Position numbers and translations under genes: made by a program. The notes under the pieces are model-generated. The model saw only the letters and a list, made by a program, of their open reading frames with translations, searched no databases and was not told where the DNA came from. DNA of 63,960 nt, counting the filler, from Chiloscyllium plagiosum (Eukaryota), in the NCBI RefSeq assembly GCF_004010195.1. It is 4 parts of one record of this genome, joined end to end, with 100 filler letters (N's around TTAATTAATTAA, not from the genome) between each part and the next. Parts side by side here need not be neighbours in the genome. Positions count along the whole stretch, not along the records: positions 1 to 17,823 come from NC_057712.1; positions 17,924 to 36,536 come from NC_057712.1; 2 more parts are not named here. One strand, written 5' to 3'. Of the stretch, positions 13,223 to 23,087 are shown in pieces (positions within the stretch are counted from its first letter, which is position 1; each line of letters begins with the position of its first letter).

Positions 13223-14825
13223 AAGGGTCAAATGTTGGATAAGTCAGGGGTCGGGACTCCTTTGTGTCGGTTATGCCGGGATGACCCCTAAAATGAGGAA
13301 AGGTTCCGGCGCATGTAGGGATGCTTAAATAAAAAGTTGGGAAATAAAGTTTGGCCGCTGGAAGGAACTTGGCACATAGATAAATGTTTAAAGGCAGAAG
13401 AGGCAATCTGGAAATGAGATACAGGGACTAAATGGAAAATTTTAATATCCACATGGTGAAAGACTGCGGAGGAAATTACGAACAAATCTAAACAGACTAG
13501 CTGGGAGAGTATTGCATGTCAAAGAGGGATTAGAGTGCGTGATAATGAGGGAAATCCTAAGTCTTGGCAGGTGCTGAAGAGTCAGTGTGAGGATTATGAT
13601 ATGAGTAAAAGGAAAACAGGCAAAATTGATAAAGACAAAATAAGGAATTGGAGTTGAAATGCCACGCTGAACTTTCAAGTGGGAATAAAATGGAGGTACC
13701 ACCTGACATGTCTGGTGTGCCGATATTGTTCCAAAATAATGACAAAGATGACCAGAAGGAGGATTGGCAAATTCAGTCTAGTGCCCCGCCATATCAACCC
13801 CAAGATCCTAATACCCCTGCTAGCACCCCAGCACCTCAGCCTCAGTCCGAGAAACAGCAACTATTACCCCAGCCTACCCTCTGCTATTGCCCACTCCTCC
13901 ACAACCTGATCCTCAGCCCCCGGGAAATGTTGACCATCCCGGTCCCAACCAGAACCAGACTTTGGAACGTTTCACCAATCCAGTCGCTTTCAGAACCTGA
14001 TCAAACACCCAGAGAGAGCCAGGGAGACATGGGGACAGAACAATTTATCCTTTAACACTGACACAGACAGTAGTACTGAACACAACGAGCCTCACGATTA
14101 TGACCCCGAAGACAATGGATGGCCCAGAAAGATTATAAAAGGACCACTGACCCTAGTCCTTCCCACCGAAGAAAGGGGAAGGATTCCCTTAAACACAGAC
14201 AGTTCCCTACTCAGATAGTCCCTATCCCGAGCCCTGGAGTGGCAGGTGAGGCCACTATGGAAGTGTACACTCCTTGGAAACCCTAAGAGATGTGCTTAAT
14301 TATGTCCCATACGCCAAACCAAAAAACAAACCCGGAGGATCTTATTGGTTACATTATAGGTACTATCCAAATGTATCAGGCCACGCCTTAGGATTGTTTC
14401 AGTTTGTGCTGTATGGCATTGATCCTGAATGAGAGATCTCAATGGAAAACCCACTCGGGAGGACATAATGATTGGGTGGTCTTTGGGGACCAAATCCAGG
14501 CAATTGGGGGAGCTCTTCAAAGGACCTTGCAACAACCAGTGGATATAGCCATAGGTCTACTACTCATCTGGATGGCTCCAGTGCTCCTCTTTATCGGTCA
14601 CCCTATACTCCTTCACCCCCTTTCCGCAGCCCAACAGTTGCTCCCCTCCCTGTAGTGGCCCATCCCGTCTGGCAACACAAAGGTCAGAACAGGGCTATTT
14701 TAACTGGTGTCAGGGGTCATTGGCAGCGAGAATGTCCACAGGTACAGCAGCAATTTCGACCCCTAAACAGGAGACAACCTTCTCCGTCAGTAACCCTTTC
14801 TCAGCCTGACTATCCGCCCTTCTGA
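13223..14825 (+). pseudogene. gag: ERV gag remnant (stops and frameshifts)
   Basis: Probable mutated start (AAG GGT CAA, MGQ-like). Matrix-like KVWPLEGTW at about 13346, Pro-rich SSAPPYQP late-domain region, capsid-like EVYTPWKP at about 14260, and degenerate zinc knuckle ...GVRGHWQRECP at about 14700-14740. Confidence 0.75.
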
Positions 14826-14836
14826 TTTACCTCATA

Positions 14837-15160
14837 TTGACTAACGACCCTGAGGATGAACGAATAACCTGCTTGACTGTTGAGGGCAATGAAATCCCTT
14901 TTATGATTGATACTGGAGCCACAGCTTCAATGCTTGAAACCTTCTGTTTGCACCAACATAGGTTTAGGCTCTCACCCACCTTTATGAATCTTAGCGGCCT
15001 AACTGGGAAGGAGAGACCATATCCTGTGACAGGATCACTAACTGTTCAACTATATTATCCAATTTGCCCAAACCCCAGATTTAGGGATTAATCTGGCAGG
15101 AAGAGATTTGTTGCGTTCCCTCCAAGTCGAGATTCTTTGCCTTGACGAGGGCATTACCAT
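14837..15160 (+). pseudogene. pro: Retroviral aspartic protease remnant
   Basis: LTVEGNEIPFMIDTGATAS (DTGA at 14909-14920), flap-like LSGLTG, and a frameshifted INLAGRDLL at about 15087-15113. Confidence 0.9.
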
Positions 15161-15251
15161 TAAAAACAACATTATTCAGAGACAACTTTGTGACCACCCC
15201 CCTCCCAATGGCGGGCTGTCAATTTGAGGCCAGAGGGTTGTACTCCTCCCC

Positions 15252-15480
15252 CACGTAACCCTTTGCTATGATTCCACTGGAGCTTCCACTGAGCTGGGAG
15301 CCACCTTTGCTCCTTTCCTAGGATCCACTGTCACTATTACCATTATCAAGCACATTGAAAGTAAGGAGGGATTAGCCCTCTTAGTGGACATTCCTGTCCA
15401 CCTATGGCATCAACCAGGGTTGGTTTCTCCTCATATTACCTTGTCTGTGGACAAGGGATATAAAGCAAAGATCCTGAGAT
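15252..15480 (+). pseudogene. 2H phosphoesterase (CNPase-like) domain in the ERV pol region
   Basis: One open frame: HVTLCYDSTGASTELGATFAPFLGSTVTITIIKHIESKEGLALLVDIPVHLWHQPGLVSPHITLSVDKGYKAK. The two H-x-T-hydrophobic motifs (His codons 15252 and 15432) are 60 codons apart. Confidence 0.75.
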
Positions 15481-15732
15481 TATTAACACACCGTTTACAG
15501 CAGCAGTCAGACCCCAGTTTCACTGACGTGCCACAACAGCTGACCGAGGGGAATTTAAATTATTATTCCAGCCCTTTCACCATAGCGGGTGTAGTTTGCC
15601 ACCATCACCTCCAACACGATCCCTTGGAAAAACCTGAAGTGGGAGATGGCACGGGGCAGGGTAACACTAAGCACACGGACACACAAGATGGCAGTTGAGC
15701 CATCAGTTGGCCACTTGACATATAAAATGGCT

Positions 15733-16650
15733 GCCTCAAAGAATTCTATTCTGTTGGTAAGACATGACCTTCCCTGCACAAAACCATGTTGCCTAAGGCA
15801 GCTGAGTCCATTTTCTTCCAAATGTAAATAGATCCTATATCTCGGTATCTTCTCCAGCATTGATGGGTCTCTCCCATTGATGTCAGGCTCGCCGGTATAA
15901 AATTACCTGGATTATCCCTGCTACCCTTCTTAAACAAGAGGACAACATTAGCAATTTTCTAATCATCTGGAACCTTGCCCGCGTTCAAGGATGCTGCAAA
16001 GATATCTGTTAAGGCGCCAGCTATTTCCTCTCTTGCTTCCCTCAGTAGCCTGGGATAGATCCCATCTGGACCTGGGGACTTTCAGAATATCCACACTTCC
16101 TCCCTCCTTATGCCAACTTGACTTAGGGACAGATTTTTGTTTACTCTAACTTCAATATCAGCCATGTCCCTCTGCTCGGTGAATACCAACGCAAAGTACT
16201 CATTAAGAATCTCATCCATTTTCTCTGACACTATCCGCATAACTTTCCTCCATTGTCCTTGAGTGGGCCAATTCTTTCTCTTGCTCCTTATATACGAATA
16301 AAAGACTTTGGGATTTTCCTTAAACCTGCTTGCTAAAGATATTTCATGACCCCTTTTAGCCCTCTTAATTCCTCGTTTCAGATTGGTCTTACTTTCCTGA
16401 TGAAGAGCTTTTGCCTGAAACATTGATTTTCCTGCTCCTTGGATGCTGCCTGACCTGCTGTGCTTTTCCAGCACCACTCTGATCTAAACTCTAGTTTCTA
16501 GCATCTGCAGTCCTCACTTTCGGCTACTTTCCTGATATTCTTCCAAAGCTTCGTTTGTTTTCAGTCGCCTAGACCTTATGTTTGCTAGTCTCAAAATTTC
16601 ACCTGTCATCCATGGTTCCCTAATCTTGTCATTTCTATCCCTCATTTTCA
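15733..16650 (-). mobile_element. CR1 ORF2 fragment with a PLE terminal insert at about 16395-16525
   Basis: QHGFVQGRSCLTN, FKKGSRDNPGN, KENPKVFYSY. Confidence 0.85.
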
Positions 16651-17269
16651 CAGGGGCAACTATTTTACAAAGAGGGTGGTACGCATTTGGAATGAGCTGT
16701 TAGTGGAAGTAGTTGTCTGGGATACATTAACAACATCTCAATACTTGGATAGGAAGGGATTAGAAGGATATAGGCCAAGTGCAGGGTAATGGGGTTACTG
16801 TGGACACTCATTTTGGTCGGAATTGACCAGTTTGGGCCAAAGGGCCTGTCTCCGTGCTGTAGGACTCTATGACTCAATGATCTGCCATTCCTTGACCCAT
16901 TTGCCCATCTGATCCATATCCCATTGTAATATGAGGTAGCAGTGAGTTGAGGGTTGCATAGGTTAAGTTACTATATTTTACATTAGGGTTAAACCATGGC
17001 ACATCATGGGTCAAAGGGCCTGTTCTGTGCTGCACATTTCTATGTTCCATGTTCTAACCTTCATCATTGTCTACAACACCATCAATTTTGGTTTCATGTG
17101 CAAACTTACTAATCATATCTCCTATATTTACATCCAAAGCAATGAAGACCCTAAGCCTTGGGTAGCATGGGGTTCAATGGTTAGCACCACTGCCTTATAG
17201 ATCTAGGGTTTAGATGTTTCAGTAAGAACAAGGAAGGTGGTAAAAGAGGGGGAGATGTGGCATTGATAG

Positions 17270-17823
17270 CAAGGCGTTCGATAAGGTTCCCCACAATAGG
17301 CTATTATACAAAATGCAGAGGAATGGGATTGTGGGAGACATAGCAGTTTGGATCAGTAATTGGCTTGCTGAAAGAAAACTGAGGGTTATAGTTGATGGAA
17401 CATGTTCATCTTGGTGTCCAGTTACTACCGGCGTACCGCAAGGGTCGGTGTTGGGTCCACTGCTGTTTGTCATTTTTATAAATAATCTGGGTGAGGGCTT
17501 AGAAGGGTGGGTTAGTAAATTTGCAGACGGCACTAAGGTCGATGGAGTTGTGGATAGTGACGACATCTTGGTGTCCAGTTACTACCGGCGTACCGCAAGG
17601 GTCGGTGTTGGGTCCACTGCTGTTTGTCATTTTTATAAATAATCTGGGTGAGGGCTTAGAAGGGTGGGTTAGTAAATTTGCAGACGGCACTAAGGTCGAT
17701 GGAGTTGTGGATAGTGACGAAGGATGTTATAGGTTACAGAGAGACATAGATAGGATGCAGAGCTGGGCTGAGAGGTGGCAAATGGAGTTTAATGTGGACA
17801 AGTGTGAGGTGATACACTTTGGC
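17270..17823 (+). mobile_element. CR1 RT fragment with a 157-bp internal tandem duplication
   Basis: [13 protein letters not shown]...KFADGTK occurs twice (17407-17563 and 17564-17720). Confidence 0.9.
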
Positions 17824-17867
17824 NNNNNNNNNNNNNNNNNNNNNNNNNNNNNNNNNNNNNNNNNNNN

Positions 17868-17879
17868 TTAATTAATTAA
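17868..17879. other. Artificial assembly linker TTAATTAATTAA inside an N gap (also 36581-36592 and 54870-54881)
   Basis: Identical 12-mer with stops in all six frames, symmetrically flanked by N runs, three times. Confidence 0.95.
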
Positions 17880-17923
17880 NNNNNNNNNNNNNNNNNNNNN
17901 NNNNNNNNNNNNNNNNNNNNNNN

Positions 17924-19002
17924 GCCCTCGATGTTGCGCTGATCCAAGCCCACCTAACCTATACTAACCCACTATCCTCCATATACCTATCCAATGCCCG
18001 CTTAAATGTCCATAAAGAGGGAGAGTCCACCACTGCTACTGGCAGGGCATTCCATGAACTTACGACTCGCTGAGTGGAGAACCTACCCCTAACTTCAGTC
18101 CTATATCTACCCCCCCTTAATTTAAAGCTATGCCCCCTTGTAATAGCTGACTCCATACGTGGAAGAAGATTCTCACTGTCGACCCTATCTAAACCCCTAA
18201 TCATCTTTTACACCTCTATCAAGTCACCCCTAAGCCTTCTTTTCTCTAATGAAAACAGCCCTAAGTGTCTCAGTCTTTCCTCATACGATCTTTCTTCCAT
18301 ACCAGGCAACATCCTGGTAAACCTCCTCTGCACCCGTTCCAGTGCCTCCACATCCTTCCTATAGTATGGCGACCAAAACTGGACACAATATTCCAGATGC
18401 GGGCGGACCAGAGTTTTATACAACTGCATCATGACCTCAGGACTCCGGAACTCAATTCCTCTACCAATAAAAGCCAGTACGCCATATGCCTTCCTCACCG
18501 CACTATTTACCTGGGTGGCAACTTTCAGAGATCTGTGTACATGGACACCAAGATCCCTCTGCTCATCCACACTACCAAGTATCCGACCATTAGCCCAGTA
18601 TCCCATCTTTTTGTTATTCTTCCCAAAGTGAATCACCTCACATTTGGCTACATTGAATTCCATTTGCCACCTTTCTGCCCAGTTCTGCAGCTTCTCTATA
18701 TCCTGCTGTAACCTGCCACATCCTTCCTCACTGTCAACAACTCCTCCGACTTTCGTATCATCCGCAAACTTGCTCACCCAACCTTCTAACCTGTTAGGGG
18801 TAGGTTCTTTACTCAGCGAGTCGTGAGTTCATGGAATGCCCTGCCAGTAGCAGTGGTGGACTCTCCCTCTTTATGGGCATTTAAATGGGCATTGGATAGG
18901 CATATGGAGGATAGTGGGCTAGTGTAGGTTAGGTGGGCTTGGATCGGCGCAACATCGAGGGCCAAAGGGCCTGTACTGCGCTGTATTTTTCTATGTTCTA
19001 TG
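17924..19002. mobile_element. Young CR1 3' portion (minus, 17924-18792) back-to-back with a same-family 3' end (plus, 18793-19002)
   Basis: SKFADDTKVGG...YKTLVRPHLEYCVQFW...DRYMEDSGLV on the minus strand; the 3' UTR is present in both orientations. Confidence 0.9.
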
Positions 19003-19426
19003 GCTCAGCTTTTGTCTTATGCGTGTAGGAGGGTTTCCCGACACAGTATGTAGACAAGCCAACAAGGGGCGAGGCCATATTAGATTTGATACTGGGTAAT
19101 AAACCAGGCCAGGTGTTAGATTTGGAAGTAGGTAAGCACTTTGGTGATAGTGACCACAATTCGGTTAAGTTTACTTTAGCGATAGAAAGGGATAGGTATA
19201 TACCACAGGGCAAGAGCTATAGATGGGTGAAAGGCATTTGTGATGCAATTAGACAAGATTTAATATGCATAGGAAAGGAAACTGCAGGGGATGGGCACAA
19301 TTGAAATGTAGCTGAAAATGTGTTGCTGGAAAAGCGCAGCAGGTCAGGCAGCATCCAAGGAGCAGGAGAATCCACGTTTCGGGCATGAGCCCTTCTCCTG
19401 CTCCTTGAATGCTGCCTGACCTGCTG

Positions 19427-19737
19427 CATGGTGGCACAGTGGTTAGCACTGCTGCCTCACAGCGCCAGAGACCCGGGTTCAATTCCCGCCTCAGGTGACT
19501 GACTGTGTGGAGTTTGCACGTTCTCCCCGTGTCTGTGTGGGTTTCCTCCGGGCGCTCCGCTTTCCTCCCACAGTCCAAAGATGTGCAGGTCAGGTGAATT
19601 GGCCATGCTAAATTGCCCGTAGTGTTAGGTAAGGTGTACATGTAGGGGTATGGGTGGGTTGCGCTTCGGCGCGGCGGTGTGGACTTGTTGGGCCGAAGGG
19701 CCTGTTTCCACACTGTGAGTAATCTAATCTAATCTAA
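19427..19737 (+). mobile_element. HE1-like V-SINE inserted into a PLE palindrome (19310-19762)
   Basis: tRNA-derived head with box A GTGGCACAGTGG and box B GGGTTCAATTCCC, central V-domain, CR1-like tail and (AATCT)n. Confidence 0.92.
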
Positions 19738-20013
19738 TTTTCAGCTCTGATCTCCAGCATCTGGGATGGTTGCTGGTGTAGTTAAGTATTTGGTCAGTGT
19801 TTGTCGGTTTACTGTATACGCAGGTTTGTAGTTCTCCATTGTCCGTTCTTTCGACTGTGACGTCCAGGAATGCGAGTTTGTTGTTGGTTTCTTCCTCCTT
19901 AGTGAACTTTATGCCTGTGAGGGTGTTGTTGATGATGTTAAATGTCTCTTCTATCTTATTTCGTTTTGTGATGACAAAGGTGTCATCTACGTAGCAGACC
20001 CAGATTTTTGGTT

Positions 20014-20286
20014 GAAAAATGTGTTGCTGGAAAAGCGCAGCAGGTCAGGCAGCATCCAAGGAGCAAGAGAATCGACGTTTCGGGCATAAGCCCTTCTTCA
20101 GGATTCTCGAAACGTCGAGATTCCTGAAGAAGGGCTTATGCCTGAAACGTCGAGATTCCTGAAGAAGGGCTTATGCCCGAAACGTCAATTCTCTTGCTCC
20201 TTGGATGCTGCCTGACCTGCTGCGCTTTTTCAGTAACACATTTTTCAGCTCTGATCTCCAGCATCTGCAGTCCTCACTTTCTCCTA
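20014..20286. mobile_element. Palindromic PLE terminal insert with tandem hammerhead motifs
   Basis: Inverted arms flanked by a 14-bp direct repeat CCAGATTTTTGGTT (20000-20013 and 20287-20300). Confidence 0.85.
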
Positions 20287-21149
20287 CCAGATTTTTGGTT
20301 TGATGGTTGGTAGGGCTGTTTGTTCTAGTCTTTGCATTACCGCTTTTGCAATGAATCCTGATAGCGGAGGTCCCATGGGTGTGCTGTTGGTTTGTTTGTA
20401 GATTATGTTGTTGAAGGTGAAGTGGGTGGTGAGGCACAGGTCCACTAGCTTCATGATGTTTTCATTGGTAATGTGATTGATAGTGGTTGGGGTGTGTGTG
20501 AATGTCTCCTCTGAAAGTGTGGTAAGTGTTTCCTTTCCAGAAATGACAGCCAGACTACTAAGACCCCTCGGAATCCTAGTAGCACACAAACCCAACACTC
20601 TCAACCAAAGGCTAACAAACTTAAAAGACCCAGTACAACCCATGGACAAAACCAACGTCATCTACAAAATTCCATGCAAGGACTGCCACAAACACTACAT
20701 AGGACAAACAGGGAGAAAGTTAGCCACCAGGATAGACGAACACCAGCTAGCCACAAAAAGACATGACCCTCTCTCCCTCGTAGCCCTACACACGGATGAA
20801 AAAAACCCACCAATTTGACTGGGACAACACATAGAACGTAGAACAATACAGCACAGAACAGGCCCTTCGGCCCACGATGGTGTGCCGAACATTTGTCCTA
20901 GTTTAAGCACCCATCCATGTACCCATCCATCTATCCTGGGACAGGCCAAGCAAAGACATGCCAGAGAATTCCTAGAGGCCTGGCACTCCAACCACAACGC
21001 CATAAACAAACACATAGATCTAGATGCCATCTGTCAGCCCCTCAGAAAACGAACAGGAAATGACATCACCAAAAACTCCAGGAACCCCATCCAGGAGAAA
21101 GATATAAATAGTAAGCAGGAGACAACAGCTTCGCTTCACTTGGAGGTCA

Positions 21150-21189
21150 CCACTGATGATGTTACCTAGCCAGGTAATGAAACGTCTGG
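21150..21189 (+). ncRNA. Minimal type-I hammerhead ribozyme motif (Poseidon PLE terminus)
   Basis: CCA-CTGATGA-T-GTTACC-tagcca-GGTAAT-GAAA-C-GTC^TGG. Stem I CCA/TGG, stem II, ACGT palindrome; predicted cut after 21186. Confidence 0.75.
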
Positions 21190-21267
21190 ATATCAAACCT
21201 ACAGCTCAGCGAGCAAACCTACACCCTAAACCTCAACCTGAGCTACAAACCTTCACAAACCTTGCAA

Positions 21268-21700
21268 AAATGTTGCCTGGTATGGAAGGAAGGTTTTATG
21301 AGAAAAGGCTGAGTGACTTGAGGCTATTTTCGTTAGAGAGAAGGTTGACAGGTGGCTTAATAGAGACAAGATGATCAGAAGATTAGATAGGGTGGATAGT
21401 GAGAGCCTTTTTCATTGGGTAATGATGGTTAGAATGAGGAGACATAGCTTTAAGTTGAGGGGTGATAGATACAGGATAGATGTCAGAGGTAGGTTCTTTA
21501 CTCAGAGAGTAGTTGGGGCGTGGAACACACTGCCTGCAACAGTAGTAGACTTGCCAACTTTAAGGGCATTTAAATGGTCATTGGAAAAATATATGGATGA
21601 TAATGGAGTAGTGTAGGTTAGACAGGCTTCAGATTGGTTTCAAAGGTTGGCATAACGTCGAGGGCCAAAGGGCCTGAACTGTGCTGTAACATTCCGCGTT
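21268..21700 (+). mobile_element. CR1 3' end
   Basis: MLPGMEG...LDRVDSE...RFFTQRVVGAWN plus 3' UTR. Confidence 0.85.
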
Positions 21701-21866
21701 CCAAATTCTAATCCTTTAAATACAACCCTCTTCTCCCTTCTCCTTCATGTTTATTTCACCTCTTTTTGAATGCATCAACATTATCTGCTATACACACTCC
21801 CTTGATCATAAGTCCATAATTCACACCATTCCTAACAGTCTTGATAATGCATGAATTGATACTCAC

Positions 21867-21982
21867 TGTGTGCTTTTAAGATATTCCTCTTTACTTTCCT
21901 TCTTCCCTTTTGGACGAGGTTTAATGCCTTGCAGAGTGAGGGAGTGTGTCTGTGTACACCATTGGGATAGGGTCAACATAAA
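21867..21982 (-). CDS. FBXO41: FBXO41 internal exon
   Basis: FMLTLSQWCTQTHSLTLQGIKPRPKGKKESKEEYLKST. Acceptor tgtttcag, donor gtgagt; 116 nt, phase 0 in and phase 2 out. Confidence 0.95.
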
Positions 21983-22402
21983 CTGAAACATACAAAAAGT
22001 GCAGATAGTATAAGTGCAATCCAAAGAGATTTCAGCTGTATGGATTAAAAAAAAAGAGACTCGGGATGATACGAACGAATAAATAAAATCACTTCCTGCT
22101 TTTCTGCAGTAAATTTCATCTGCCACATCCTCAACTTGTCCTTTTGACGTTTAACACTATTGTCCTCAATTTACAATATTTCCAAGTGGTGTATCATCCA
22201 CAATTTTTAAAATTTTGCACTGTACATCAAGATCTAGGTTTTTAATACATTTGAGGGACAGTGGGGTAACTAACACTATTCCCTGAGAACCTGCATTTTA
22301 AAATGGTTTTCAGTCTGAAAACACCCACTAGACCATTTCCAGCCTCAATTAATGTTATTGTTACCGTGTCTTCTTTTCCATGTGTCAGTTCTGCAGCATT
22401 TT

Positions 22403-22683
22403 AGATTAGATTTCCTACAGTGTGGAAACAGGCCTTTCGGCCCAACAAGTCCACACCAGCCCTCCAAAGAGTAATCCACCAGACCCATTTCTCTCTGACT
22501 AATGCATCTAGCACTATGGGCAATTTAGCGTGGGCAAGTCACCTGGCCAGCACATCTTTGGACTGTGGGAGGAAACCGGAGCACCCGGAAGAAACCCACA
22601 CAGACACGGGGAGAATGTGCAAACTCCGCACAGACAGTTGCCCGAGGCTGTGAGGCAGCAGTGCTAACCACTGAGCCACCATG
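22403..22683 (-). mobile_element. HE1-like V-SINE
   Basis: Reverse complement of the 19427-19737 consensus, with a small deletion. Confidence 0.88.
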
Positions 22684-23087
22684 CAGTGTATTTTGGAAAG
22701 TCACTTAAACCACATCAAGGGCAAACACTCATCATAAATTTCCAGAAATTCATTTAACATGGTTTTCTCTTCCGAATTCCATATGGCTCTCCTAAATTAA
22801 TATGCATTTGTTTTACCCTGAATTAATGATTCTAGATATTTTCCTACTACTTAGGTAAAACCGATAGGCCTGTAGTTGGTTGGCTTATTCCTGAAGAAGG
22901 GCTTATGCCCGAAATGTCGATTCTCCTGTTCCCTGGATGCTGCCTGACCTGCTGCGCTTTTCCAGCAACACATTTTCAGCTCTGATCTCCAGCATCTGCA
23001 GACCTCACTTTCTCCCCTGGCTTATTCTTACAACCTTTCTTTTTGGTCAGAAGTCACATGACACCAATTTATAGTTTAACACGTTTA

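Larger units (their letters stand above)
12460..15730 (+). mobile_element. Degraded, 3'-truncated class I (gamma/epsilon-like) endogenous retrovirus: 5' LTR, PBS, gag, pro, 2H domain
   Basis: LTR ending ...TCTAACA, then PBS, splice donor, decayed gag motifs, retropepsin and an HxT...HxT domain, all in retroviral order. It is cut off by a minus-strand CR1 at about 15733. No RT, IN, env or 3' LTR seen in the window. Confidence 0.88.
19765..21265. mobile_element. Poseidon-type PLE with an inverted junction: RT part on minus (19765-20530), GIY-YIG and 3' end on plus (20530-21265)
   Basis: Minus: THFTFNNIIYKQTNSTPMGPPLS and CYVDDTF...LAFLDV. Plus: NVIYKIPCKDCHKHYIGQTGRKLATRIDEH...REFLEAWH. Confidence 0.9.

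Noticed and set aside
14823..14843. TGA-CTA as a gag-pol readthrough signal
   Set aside because: The protease is not in the same frame in this decayed copy, so the expression mechanism cannot be inferred.
17407..17720. 157-bp apparently identical tandem duplication in a CR1
   Set aside because: Near-perfect and next to a contig end; likely an assembly overlap artefact.
17868..17879. TTAATTAATTAA palindrome (also 36581-36592 and 54870-54881)
   Set aside because: Embedded in N runs three times; a synthetic six-frame-stop contig linker, not biology.
19427..19500. tRNA-like sequences with A and B boxes
   Set aside because: They are heads of HE1 SINEs, continuous with the V-domain and tail; not tRNA genes.
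20109..20186. 35-bp repeats as a CRISPR-like array
   Set aside because: No spacers, vertebrate context; the units are PLE hammerhead cores.
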